The notes under the pieces are model-generated. The model was not told where the DNA came from, ran no database searches, and saw only the letters and a program-made list of their open reading frames with translations. From assembly GCA_964592365.1 (NCBI GenBank), contig CAZQDL010000003.1, positions 2,186 to 66,185 of the forward strand: DNA of 64,000 nucleotides, read 5' to 3'. The position numbers and the translations under genes were made by a program. Positions 10,393 to 19,206 of this stretch are shown in pieces (within the stretch, counting starts at the first letter, position 1; every line of letters starts with the position of its first letter). The stretch is from an uncultured Candidatus Saccharibacteria bacterium (GTDB lineage Bacteria; Patescibacteriota; Minisyncoccia; Phycocordibacterales; UBA1006).

Positions 10393-10397
10393 CAGCA

Positions 10398-10421
10398 AAA
10401 ACACCTTTATAAGGTGTTTTT
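10398..10421 (+). terminator. rho-independent terminator
   Basis: AAACACCTT-ATA-AGGTGTTT followed by a T-run. Confidence 0.85.
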
Positions 10422-10449
10422 TATATATATGAGGTATTATGGTTGATAT

Positions 10450-10935
10450 ATGAACAATGAAACCGTACATCTCGCAGGAGGCTGTTTTTGGGGGCTTCAG
10501 GAGCTCCTTAGAAAGCAAAAAGGGGTATTACATACCGATGTTGGATACTGTGGTGGTACAAATACCAATCCAAGATATGAATTTCATCCAGGTCATGCTG
10601 AAACTGTGCGTGTTAGCTATGATCCAAGTGTTATTAGCTACAAAGAGCTCTTATTATATTTCTTTAGTATTCATAACCCTACAACACTTAACAAGCAGGG
10701 AAATGATACTGGGAGTTCATATCGTTCAACGATATTTATACAAAATGAAGAACAGAAAAATATTGCTAATGAGGTTATCAATATTGTTAATGATTCTGGT
10801 AAATGGAAAGACAGGGTAGTTACAACACTTGAACCATTTCATATTTTCTATCTTGCAGAAGAAGAACACCAAGACTATCTTCAAAAGCATCCATATGGAT
10901 ATACTTGTCACCAAATATATGTTGATAGATATTGA
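10450..10935 (+). CDS. msrA: peptide methionine sulfoxide reductase MsrA
   Basis: GGCFWG active-site motif at the N-terminus; 161 aa. Confidence 0.9.
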   Translation: MNNETVHLAGGCFWGLQELLRKQKGVLHTDVGYCGGTNTNPRYEFHPGHAETVRVSYDPSVISYKELLLYFFSIHNPTTLNKQGNDTGSSYRSTIFIQNEEQKNIANEVINIVNDSGKWKDRVVTTLEPFHIFYLAEEEHQDYLQKHPYGYTCHQIYVDRY

Positions 10936-10968
10936 TTCATGTAACTAGTATGATATACTTCATCGTGC

Positions 10969-11307
10969 ATGGACCAAGATCTTACAACAATGATCAAAGA
11001 AAATAACAGGCTTTTACATGAGCTTGTTGAAAGGGAACAGGAAAATCAAAAAAAGATTGATAGAGTTCATAGCATAATTCGAGGTGATTTCATTGCAAAA
11101 ATTGTATATCGTGTAATTATCATACTTGTTACTCTTGGAGCATTTGTAGCACTTCGCCCATATGTTCAAAGTATGTATGAAAGTTATACGAATCTTGTTT
11201 CTCAAGTTAATTCAACAAGCTCATTGTTGAATAACCCTCAAGCAATTTTTGAAATTGATAAGGTAGAGAAAAATAGTCTTTGGAAAACATTACTTCCGTT
11301 TGATTAG
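10969..11307 (+). CDS. hypothetical membrane protein
   Basis: 112 aa with one predicted TM segment; no motif. Confidence 0.4.
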   Translation: MDQDLTTMIKENNRLLHELVEREQENQKKIDRVHSIIRGDFIAKIVYRVIIILVTLGAFVALRPYVQSMYESYTNLVSQVNSTSSLLNNPQAIFEIDKVEKNSLWKTLLPFD

Positions 11308-11315
11308 TATATTAT

Positions 11316-11389
11316 GCTCAGGTAGCTCAGTTGGTTAGAGCACTGGTTTGAAGCACCAGGTGTCGGCAGTTCGAGTCTGCCCCTGAGCA
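11316..11389 (+). tRNA. tRNA-Phe (anticodon GAA)
   Basis: perfect acceptor GCTCAGG/CCTGAGC; D arm GCTC-AGTTGGTTA-GAGC; anticodon loop TTGAAGC; T-loop TTCGAGT. Confidence 0.9.
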
Positions 11390-11395
11390 CATAAC

Positions 11396-11419
11396 AAAAA
11401 ACACCATATGGTGTTTTTT
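11396..11419. terminator. bidirectional terminator between tRNA-Phe and hsp20
   Basis: AAAAACACC-ATAT-GGTGTTTTTT. Confidence 0.85.
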
Positions 11420-11900
11420 ATTTTATCCTTAATCTAGCTTGTCTATTTCGATCAACTAAAGGTAGGGTAAGGGTAAGTAATCCATGCTCTTCATGAGCTT
11501 CTGCTAATTCAATATCAACCTCTTCTGGAAGACTGATAACTCGCTCAAATGCACCCCAGTATAATTCTTCAAAGTATACTTCTTGAATACCTGACGCATC
11601 ACTTTGACGTGAACCTTCGATAATTACCTGATCACGTGTTAAGGTGATATCAATTTCAGATTTTTGGATTCCAGCTACCATTGTTTTTATCACAATCGCT
11701 GATGAAGTTTGATACATATCAATTGATAGTTCACCAACTTCTTCTTCGTAACTACTTGAATCATTGTCTTGTTCTTCTTCATCATGAAGTGCTACTTCAT
11801 CGATATCTTCATATTGATCTTCAAAAGTATCAAACTCTTCTTCGTTGTTAAACTTTATACTTCCTGTTAATTTTTCAAAAAATGATTTTTTATTTCCCAT
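11418..11900 (-). CDS. Hsp20/alpha-crystallin family small heat-shock protein
   Basis: acidic N-terminal region followed by an alpha-crystallin domain-like block; 160 aa. Confidence 0.7.
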   Translation of the reverse strand: MGNKKSFFEKLTGSIKFNNEEEFDTFEDQYEDIDEVALHDEEEQDNDSSSYEEEVGELSIDMYQTSSAIVIKTMVAGIQKSEIDITLTRDQVIIEGSRQSDASGIQEVYFEELYWGAFERVISLPEEVDIELAEAHEEHGLLTLTLPLVDRNRQARLRIK

Positions 11901-11904
11901 GGTG

Positions 11905-12606
11905 TTAGTGATTAACGTTTCTTACACGTTCGAATAATGCAATGATTCCTATGGTAATAACCCAAAGAATTCCTAGGGTGACTAGTCCGTCAATTGCTAC
12001 ATACTTAATTATAAAGTAGTTGAAAATCGTGTGCAATATAGTAACGATAATGAGACCCATAACTACAAAAAGTAAACGTACACTTTTCTTTTTGTAAAAT
12101 ACAAATCCAAGAATAATACCTAAGATTGCAGCAAGTACTGCGTGAAGTATTGATGCCCCCAAGAACCTTAAAGTACCTGTTTGAATGATAAATGAAATAT
12201 CATTTTGTAGTGATGGATTAAGGAGAAAGAGAATATTTTCCATCATAGCAAAACCTAGGGCACCAGTAATTAGATAAATTGCATAATCAATTGGTTCATC
12301 TAAATATGATGAATTAAAATCAATGAGATATACAACACTAAATTTAATAAGTTCTTCAAATAGTGCAAAGATAAATATTTTTTCTGTTCCAACGATACCA
12401 AGCACATCAACCCATTTTCCAAATGGTAGTATCAAAAACACAGAAAGCACTCCAGCAAAGAAAGTAAGTGCAAGAAGGCCTTTTGGTTCTGGTTGAAACC
12501 TATCTTCTCTGAGCCAAAACATGAGCCAGATAATGGTAGGTATAATACCAGAAATCAAAGCAACCCAAATAACTTCTTTAGTTAATCCAGTAATGATCTC
12601 AGGCAT
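11905..12606 (-). CDS. PrsW-family intramembrane metalloprotease-like protein
   Basis: polytopic; FEELIKF and MENILF motifs and conserved His residues resembling PrsW. Confidence 0.55.
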   Translation of the reverse strand: MPEIITGLTKEVIWVALISGIIPTIIWLMFWLREDRFQPEPKGLLALTFFAGVLSVFLILPFGKWVDVLGIVGTEKIFIFALFEELIKFSVVYLIDFNSSYLDEPIDYAIYLITGALGFAMMENILFLLNPSLQNDISFIIQTGTLRFLGASILHAVLAAILGIILGFVFYKKKSVRLLFVVMGLIIVTILHTIFNYFIIKYVAIDGLVTLGILWVITIGIIALFERVRNVNH

Positions 12607-12607
12607 A

Positions 12608-14797
12608 TTAATATTGTGGCCATTGTTCTACCATAAGAAGAACTTTTTCTTCTTGAGTATGATCAATTGATTGCCAAACTTCTTCAGTGATAAATGGCAT
12701 GAATGGATGTAGTCCACGAAGAACATCTTTGAGAATAATCATAAGTAGTTTCTTACGTGACGCACGTTCTTCCTCTGTTCCACCAGAGAAAACATCTTTT
12801 GATTGTTCGAGAATCTCATCTGCAATTCTATGCCATGCATATGCATATAGCTTTTCTCCTACAAGATAATATTTATGTAATTTCATCTCTTCAGTTATTT
12901 CTTTAAAGAAATCTTGATGTTCGGTAAATAGTTTTTCATCTGCCATTGTTAAGCTACTTGCAGAACTATATCCCTCACATTCAGATAGGACATATCGAGT
13001 AACATTCCATAGCTTGTTAGCAAACTTAGAATATGCTTTTACCTTGTTGTCATCCAAATTAACATCATTTCCTGGACCGTTACCAACAATCATACCCATA
13101 CGAAGTGCATCTGTTCCAAAACGTTCAGATACCTCAAGGGGATCGATAATATTACCTAATGATTTTGACATTTTTCTTCCCTGAGCATCGCGAATTAATC
13201 CATGTAAATATACTGTTTTGAAAGGAACATCACCAAGATGGTAAAGACTCATCAAAATCATACGTGCAACCCAAAAGAAAAGTATGTCGTGACCTGTTTC
13301 AAGAACTGATGTTGGGTGATATGTAGATAAGTCTTGAGTATTTTCTGGCCAACCTAGGGTTGAAAATGTCCACAATCCTGATGAAAACCAAGTGTCTAAG
13401 GTATCTTCATCTTGAACCCATCCTTCACCTAAAGGAGCCTTAGGTCCAACGAACATTTCATCACCTCTGTACCATACAGGCACACGATGACCATACCAAA
13501 TTTGTCGTGATATGTTCCACGGTCGAAGCTTGTTGATCCAATCGTAATATACACGTTCAAATCGTTCAGGAAGGATATCAATAGATCCTTGCTGTACGAC
13601 CTGAAGCATTACTTCCTTTAAGGTAACCATTTGTCCTTGTGAGATACCTTGAATATTATTGGTCTTAAATGCAAAAGGTTTTTCTGTATTAATCCACCAT
13701 TGAAGTTTTGGAAGTGGTTCAATAATCCCTCCGGTTCTCTCAGCTGTTGAAACGTTTTGAATAGTTTCAACCTCTTCTTGAAGTAAATTATTTTCCTTCA
13801 ACCATGCAACTACTTTTTCACGTGCTTCTTCAACTTTTAGATCATCTAGAAGATCACCGCAATTTTCCATCTTTGCAAATTCATTGATTACTTGCTTGTA
13901 GGGAAGGCTGTTCCTCTGTGCTATGTCCCAGTCAGCTTGTGAGTGTGCTGGAGTTACCCCTAAAGCACCTGTTCCGAATTCAGGATCAACTTGATCATCA
14001 GCAACCACCTTTAATGTAAGTTTTGATCCACAAAAATCAACAAGATATTCATTTCCAATATATGATTGATATCTTTCATCATCTGGGTGAACTGCTATTG
14101 CTGTATCACCAACCTTTGTTTCAGGTCGTGTGGTTGAAATACTAATCGGACACTCTTTTGCATATGCAAATGTGTACAGTGTTGAAGTTCGTTGAATGTG
14201 TACTACCTCATCATCTGATATTACCGTTTGACCTTTTGGATCCCAGTTAACTATTCGATAGTCACGGTAGATAAGGCCATCGTTGTACATATTAGTAAAT
14301 GCTGTATATACCGCATGTTGACGTTGTTCATCTAAAGTAAATGCTTCGCGTGACCAATCAATACTTGCTCCCATATTTTTAATTTGATTGATAATTGTTT
14401 TCTGGGAATCAAGAGCGAATGCTTCAACTTGTTTTAAGAATTCATCACGACCAAGATCATGTTTACGTATCTTGTCTTTTGCAAGTATTTTTTCAACCTT
14501 AGATTGTGTTGCAATAGCCGCATGATCAGTACCTGGTATCCACAAAGTCTTCTTACCAAGCATACGTTGAAAACGCACCATAGTGTCTTCAATAGCAAGC
14601 ATTGAAGCGTGTCCTGTATGCAAAGTACCTGTTACGTTAGGAGGAGGAAGGACAATTGAAAATGATTCAGCTTGTTCATTAATCAAGCCATCATGAATCA
14701 TTGTATCCGGATTAGAATAATTATATGTATCCCAAAGTTCTCGTATCTTTGGTTCAGTTAACTTAGGATCATATGGTGAAAGAAACTTCTCATGCAT
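12608..14797 (-). CDS. valS: valyl-tRNA synthetase (compact, 729 aa)
   Basis: PPPNVTGTLHTGH (HIGH); KMSKSLGN; editing domain; lacks the long C-terminal coiled coil. Confidence 0.95.
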   Translation of the reverse strand: MHEKFLSPYDPKLTEPKIRELWDTYNYSNPDTMIHDGLINEQAESFSIVLPPPNVTGTLHTGHASMLAIEDTMVRFQRMLGKKTLWIPGTDHAAIATQSKVEKILAKDKIRKHDLGRDEFLKQVEAFALDSQKTIINQIKNMGASIDWSREAFTLDEQRQHAVYTAFTNMYNDGLIYRDYRIVNWDPKGQTVISDDEVVHIQRTSTLYTFAYAKECPISISTTRPETKVGDTAIAVHPDDERYQSYIGNEYLVDFCGSKLTLKVVADDQVDPEFGTGALGVTPAHSQADWDIAQRNSLPYKQVINEFAKMENCGDLLDDLKVEEAREKVVAWLKENNLLQEEVETIQNVSTAERTGGIIEPLPKLQWWINTEKPFAFKTNNIQGISQGQMVTLKEVMLQVVQQGSIDILPERFERVYYDWINKLRPWNISRQIWYGHRVPVWYRGDEMFVGPKAPLGEGWVQDEDTLDTWFSSGLWTFSTLGWPENTQDLSTYHPTSVLETGHDILFFWVARMILMSLYHLGDVPFKTVYLHGLIRDAQGRKMSKSLGNIIDPLEVSERFGTDALRMGMIVGNGPGNDVNLDDNKVKAYSKFANKLWNVTRYVLSECEGYSSASSLTMADEKLFTEHQDFFKEITEEMKLHKYYLVGEKLYAYAWHRIADEILEQSKDVFSGGTEEERASRKKLLMIILKDVLRGLHPFMPFITEEVWQSIDHTQEEKVLLMVEQWPQY

Positions 14798-14830
14798 GTC
14801 ATTGATAGTATCACGTAGTATCTACTTTGT

Positions 14831-16015
14831 TTAGTCTGATATTTTAAGGTTTGCAATTGCTTTTAGATCAGATGCGTTGATATATTTCTGTGTTTTTGTG
14901 TACTCTTGTAATACCGCAACACTTGCAATCATAAGACTGTTATCACCACAAAGTTCAAGAGAAGGAACCTTTAACTGAACATCACTGCATTCATTTGATA
15001 TGAGGTGTTCAAAAGATTCACGAATGTAGGTATTTGCAGATACACCACCTGCAATGATAAGGGTATGAGCATGGTATTGAAGTAATGCTTTTTTTGTTTT
15101 CTGTACAAGTACCTCTGTAACTGCGTGCTGAAATTCACGTGCGATCGATGCTTTCATATCATTATCCAAAAGATTCTCTTCAGAGAGTTTTTCGATAAGG
15201 TATCTGCAGGCAGTTTTTAATCCAGAAAAAGAAAAAGAGTAATTGTCACTATGTAGCATAGGGCGAGGTAACGTTACTCGTTCGTGCTCTTTACCAATAC
15301 TTGCTAAACGAGAAAGTTCAGGTCCACCTGGATAGGGAAGACCAAGCATTCGAGCAACCTTGTCGAAGGCTTCACCAACAGCATCATCTAAAGTGTCACC
15401 AATAATGTCATATGCCCCCCATTGTTCTGAAACAATTAATTGTGTGTGCCCACCTGATATTAACAGAGAAAGGATTGGAAACTGAATATCAGCTATATTC
15501 ACCATTGCATTTTCTGTACCTGGAAGATGACTTTTTAACACAACAGATGATACGTGACCTTCCATATGATTTACCGGAATCAAAGGTATGTTCCATACTA
15601 TACTCAAAGCACGTGCAAAATTAACTCCAACCCAAAGAGCAGGAGCAAGACCAGGACCTTGAGTCACAACAATGGCATCTATATTTGGAATAGAACTTTC
15701 TTTCAAGAAGTTTTTAAACATTTCAAAAAGTTCAGGTTCACGTTCAAGTATTATCTCTATATCTGAAAGATTAGTTGTAAGCTTTGCTTTTTCTTCAAGG
15801 TTAGCTTCTTTAAGTGCTTGTATTAATAGCGGTACGAGATTTCTTGAATGTTCACGTTTTGCCATAGCAGGGAATACTCCTCCATATGCTTGATGAATAT
15901 TTATTTGAGAGATTACAAGATTACTATGAATATATAACTCAGTGGCTGAGTTTTTTGTTTCAACAATACTTATCGCTGTTTCGTCACAACTTGTTTCAAT
16001 AGCAAGGTAAATCAT
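14831..16015 (-). CDS. tsaD: tRNA N6-adenosine threonylcarbamoyltransferase TsaD
   Basis: N-terminus MIYLAIETSCDETA and Kae1/TsaD body; ORF-track 60-aa upstream extension uses a TTG and overlaps a terminator-bounded + strand gene, so the start is set at ATG 16013-16015. Confidence 0.9.
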   Translation of the reverse strand: MIYLAIETSCDETAISIVETKNSATELYIHSNLVISQINIHQAYGGVFPAMAKREHSRNLVPLLIQALKEANLEEKAKLTTNLSDIEIILEREPELFEMFKNFLKESSIPNIDAIVVTQGPGLAPALWVGVNFARALSIVWNIPLIPVNHMEGHVSSVVLKSHLPGTENAMVNIADIQFPILSLLISGGHTQLIVSEQWGAYDIIGDTLDDAVGEAFDKVARMLGLPYPGGPELSRLASIGKEHERVTLPRPMLHSDNYSFSFSGLKTACRYLIEKLSEENLLDNDMKASIAREFQHAVTEVLVQKTKKALLQYHAHTLIIAGGVSANTYIRESFEHLISNECSDVQLKVPSLELCGDNSLMIASVAVLQEYTKTQKYINASDLKAIANLKISD

Positions 16016-16097
16016 ATTAATATCATAGATGTCATGGTTTTTAATGCAAACATTTTTAATATTATGTATAGTGACATAAATCAATGAAATTAATACT

Positions 16098-16271
16098 ATG
16101 GCAAAAACATTAACTAGAGAAGAATACCTAAGAGAATTTAGGAAAAGAGCAAAAGCTATTAACGAATCAAGAGAAACAGCATTAACTTTTTTCAAAGAAA
16201 TTGGGGTACTTAGCTCAACAGGTAAAATTAGTAAAAATTACAAGAATTTGAACAGAAATCCAGTTCGGTAA
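16098..16271 (+). CDS. small basic protein, 57 aa (MAKTLTREEYLREFRKRAKAINESRETALTFFKEIGVLSSTGKISKNYKNLNRNPVR)
   Basis: ATG to TAA ORF below the track size cutoff; immediately followed by a strong terminator; lies in the divergent tsaD upstream region. Confidence 0.4.
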   Translation: MAKTLTREEYLREFRKRAKAINESRETALTFFKEIGVLSSTGKISKNYKNLNRNPVR

Positions 16272-16275
16272 ATTA

Positions 16276-16310
16276 AAGACCTATATTTGAAATAGGTCTT
16301 TTAAAATTAG
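16276..16310 (+). terminator. rho-independent terminator of the small gene
   Basis: AGACCTAT-ATTTGAA-ATAGGTCT followed by TTTTAAAATT. Confidence 0.7.
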
Positions 16311-16331
16311 TGATAGATATCATACTTCTTA

Positions 16332-16751
16332 GTGAAAGAGTGTTACACTATACCTATGAATGCACCAGAACAATATGTAAATTGGATTAAACCATCATTT
16401 GCACCACCTTCATGGATCTTTGGACCCGTATGGGCTGTTTTATATATTCTCATTGCTATTTCATATGGATACGTTGCTTACCTTTGGTATCAAGGGAAAA
16501 TAGGATTTATGGTTGCATTACCTTTTATACTGAACCTATTAACAAACTTCATGTTTAGTTATTTTCAGTTTAGCTTAGGTAATTTATGGCTAGCGAGTAT
16601 TGATATTATCCTTGTTCTTGCAACCTTAATATGGGCAGTAGTGGTTATTTATCCATATGTTCCTTGGGTGAGTTATCTTAATATTCCATATGTGCTTTGG
16701 GTAAGTTTTGCAAGTATTCTACAAATTTCAATTCTGGTACTTAATGGCTAA
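16332..16751 (+). CDS. tspO: TspO/MBR tryptophan-rich sensory protein (short, 4 predicted TM)
   Basis: W/P-rich motif KPSFAPPSWIFGPVWAVLY and Trp-rich helices; appears to lack the first TM helix of canonical TspO; alternative start 16356. Confidence 0.75.
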   Translation: MKECYTIPMNAPEQYVNWIKPSFAPPSWIFGPVWAVLYILIAISYGYVAYLWYQGKIGFMVALPFILNLLTNFMFSYFQFSLGNLWLASIDIILVLATLIWAVVVIYPYVPWVSYLNIPYVLWVSFASILQISILVLNG

Positions 16752-16833
16752 AAAATTATAGTTTAACTTCTTGTTGTTAATGAAACTTGTTTCTAGGTAT
16801 ATCAAACAGAGTGCTATTTGATATACTCTATGT

Positions 16834-18180
16834 ATGAACAAAGAATTAATACAATCAATAGAAGTTACAGGTAAAATAATTAACAATTGGCTTCCATTAA
16901 AAATTCAGTATGACCATACACCTGGTACTGTTGTGTGTATAGCAGTTAATGGTACAGCAAAATATCTCAAGTCTTTTGGTTTTTCTGATACCGAAAAGAA
17001 AATTGAAATGAATGTAAATGCTCAGTTTCGCATTGCTTCAATGTCAAAGATGTTTACTGCAGTTGCTATCTTACAACTTCAAGAGAAAGGGAAGTTACGT
17101 CTTGATGATATGGTTATTGAATATATCTCTTGGTTTAAGGGAAAGAATATGAAAACAGACTTATCAAATGTGACAATTCGACAATTGCTCTCACATAGTT
17201 CTGGGATTTTTCGTGATGGTGCAGAACAGCAGTGGGTAGATGATATGTTTCCAATGAAATTGGATAAGGCTGTTTCTCCAAAAACTATCGTATTTGATAA
17301 CGGAACAACCATGAAATATTCTAATTATGGTTATGCTCTTTTAGGTCTGATTATCGAAAAGGTTTCAGGTACCAGTTACGAGAAATATGTTACTGAAGAA
17401 ATTATCACGCCACTTAAACTCAAAAATACCTTACCTGATTTACCAAATGAAATACCAAAGGAACTTGCAAGGGGGTATAAGCGTTGGACTCCTGACCTTA
17501 TTATTCGTGAGTTAGAGCCAAATATTAAGGCAAATAGCTACGCTTCTGCAACAGGTTTTATCTCTACCGCAAAAGATTTAGCTCTATTCCTGTCTTCATT
17601 ACATCCAGATGCAAAAAAGAGTGTGTTAGGTAGAGAATCAAGAAAAACAATGCAACAGGTTCAAAGTATTATCGATAACAATCAGATGTATGGATTAGGT
17701 CTTAGTCTTGAAAACATTTCAGGGCAACAGACATATGGACACGGAGGAGGGTTTGCAGGTTACGTGACTAAAGCCATTACTCACAAGAAGGATAACATGC
17801 AGGTTATCGTATTAACAAATACTCAATCTAGAACAGCAGGGGTTGTGAGCTCTAGCATATTGAAACTTATCTATACCCTTAAAGGAATGGACGCTACAAG
17901 ATATATCAAAGATGATCCATACTCAGGAATATATAGAAACAGATGGGTTGATTGGGTACATATATTAATAGGTGACAGTTTAATTGGATTTTCTGCCTCT
18001 GAAAACAGTCCCGTTGATACCTGTACAATGTACACAAAGAAAAAAGAACATACTTATATAAATGGAGAGGGTGCTGGTTTTGGTGATGCTGGGGAACATA
18101 TTATATTCAAGGATATACAAAATGGAAAAGCACAGAATATTAAATCAGATGGTGGTGATATGAGACGGATTGATTTTTAG
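16834..18180 (+). CDS. beta-lactamase-family serine hydrolase (class C / PBP4-like)
   Basis: S-x-x-K motif SMSK near residue 70 plus downstream YxN-like and HGG elements; 448 aa. Confidence 0.8.
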   Translation: MNKELIQSIEVTGKIINNWLPLKIQYDHTPGTVVCIAVNGTAKYLKSFGFSDTEKKIEMNVNAQFRIASMSKMFTAVAILQLQEKGKLRLDDMVIEYISWFKGKNMKTDLSNVTIRQLLSHSSGIFRDGAEQQWVDDMFPMKLDKAVSPKTIVFDNGTTMKYSNYGYALLGLIIEKVSGTSYEKYVTEEIITPLKLKNTLPDLPNEIPKELARGYKRWTPDLIIRELEPNIKANSYASATGFISTAKDLALFLSSLHPDAKKSVLGRESRKTMQQVQSIIDNNQMYGLGLSLENISGQQTYGHGGGFAGYVTKAITHKKDNMQVIVLTNTQSRTAGVVSSSILKLIYTLKGMDATRYIKDDPYSGIYRNRWVDWVHILIGDSLIGFSASENSPVDTCTMYTKKKEHTYINGEGAGFGDAGEHIIFKDIQNGKAQNIKSDGGDMRRIDF

Positions 18181-18202
18181 AATCAACAATTTAGCAAACA
18201 AA

Positions 18203-18224
18203 AACTGCCTATTGGCAGTTTTTG
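18203..18224 (+). terminator. rho-independent terminator
   Basis: AACTGCC-TATT-GGCAGTT followed by TTTT. Confidence 0.8.
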
Positions 18225-18235
18225 TTTATTTATCT

Positions 18236-18310
18236 TGGTGACCCCACGGAGAATCGAACTCCGATTTCCAGGATGAAAACCTGATGTCCTAACCGTTAGA
18301 CGATGGGGCC
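18236..18310 (-). tRNA. tRNA-Glu (anticodon TTC), CCA encoded
   Basis: revcomp folds as GGCCCCA acceptor, D arm GTCT-AACGGTTA-GGAC, anticodon loop TTTTCAT, T-loop TTCGATT, terminal CCA. Confidence 0.9.
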
Positions 18311-18385
18311 AGTGTATCCGTTTGGATAACGAATGAGAGTATACCATATGCTCTTTGGTATGCAATATCTAATGACTTTCTCACC

Positions 18386-18414
18386 TTGCTGTGATATCAT
18401 ATTAAATATATAAG
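18386..18414 (+). promoter_or_regulatory. candidate promoter TTGCTG-17-TATAAG upstream of the nucleotidyltransferase gene
   Basis: hexamers read directly. Confidence 0.3.
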
Positions 18415-18441
18415 CCTGCTTACCAAGGCTTTATTTATTAT

Positions 18442-19185
18442 ATGGACAATACAGAAATAATCATATTAGCAGCAGGAAAGGGAACTCGCATGAATGCAGA
18501 TGTTCCAAAGGTTCTTGTAGAACTCAACGGAACCCCTATGATCTCATACGTTCTTGATGCTGTACGTACCACAGGAGCCACAAAGCCACTAATTGTTGTT
18601 GGATACGAAGCTCAACAGATAAAAGACTACTGTGGTTTTGAATATCTGTATGTTCATCAAGAGGAACAAAAGGGAACAGGGCATGCTGTACTTCAAGTAA
18701 AAGATTTCCTTATGGAATCAACAAAACGTGTTGTTGTGGTATATGGGGATCAACCTTTTGTAAAATCAGAAACATTAAATGATCTTGCAGAGTCACTTAA
18801 AGATAATGCAAAGATTGTAATCGCAACAGCTGTGATTCAGGACCCTGATCTATTTGAAAAACAATTTTCTCGTTTTGGAAGAATTGTAAGAGATGCTAAC
18901 GGAAATATTACCGCAATTGTTGAAGCAAAGGATGCAACAGAAGAGGAGCTTGATATTAAAGAGGTAAACGTAGGGTTCATGGCTTTTGAAAAAGATTGGG
19001 CCTTTAATCATCTATCACAGTTGAAGAATGATAACGCACAAGATGAGTATTATCTCACTGATCTTGTAAAAGTAGCTTTCTTAGAAAACATTCCAATTCA
19101 TTCAGTTCAAATGAGTGAGAAGGAAGCATTAGGTGCAAATACTCAAGAACAACTAAGAGTAATGGAAGAATACATGGAACGATAA
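18442..19185 (+). CDS. sugar-1-phosphate nucleotidyltransferase, GlmU N-terminal-domain-like (no acetyltransferase domain)
   Basis: LAAGKGTRM pyrophosphorylase signature; 247 aa, too short for bifunctional GlmU. Confidence 0.65.
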   Translation: MDNTEIIILAAGKGTRMNADVPKVLVELNGTPMISYVLDAVRTTGATKPLIVVGYEAQQIKDYCGFEYLYVHQEEQKGTGHAVLQVKDFLMESTKRVVVVYGDQPFVKSETLNDLAESLKDNAKIVIATAVIQDPDLFEKQFSRFGRIVRDANGNITAIVEAKDATEEELDIKEVNVGFMAFEKDWAFNHLSQLKNDNAQDEYYLTDLVKVAFLENIPIHSVQMSEKEALGANTQEQLRVMEEYMER

Positions 19186-19206
19186 AAAGCACGGAAGTGC
19201 TTTTTA
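19186..19206. terminator. bidirectional terminator between the nucleotidyltransferase gene and trxB
   Basis: AAAAGCAC-GGAA-GTGCTTTT. Confidence 0.8.

Noticed and set aside
14831-16195. Full ORF-track extent of tsaD (454 aa)
   Set aside because: The upstream 60 codons start at TTG, precede the conserved MIYLAIETSCDE N-terminus and overlap a terminator-bounded gene on the other strand; trimmed to 16015
18183-18365. 60-aa - strand ORF
   Set aside because: Covers tRNA-Glu and the upstream terminator; a chance frame
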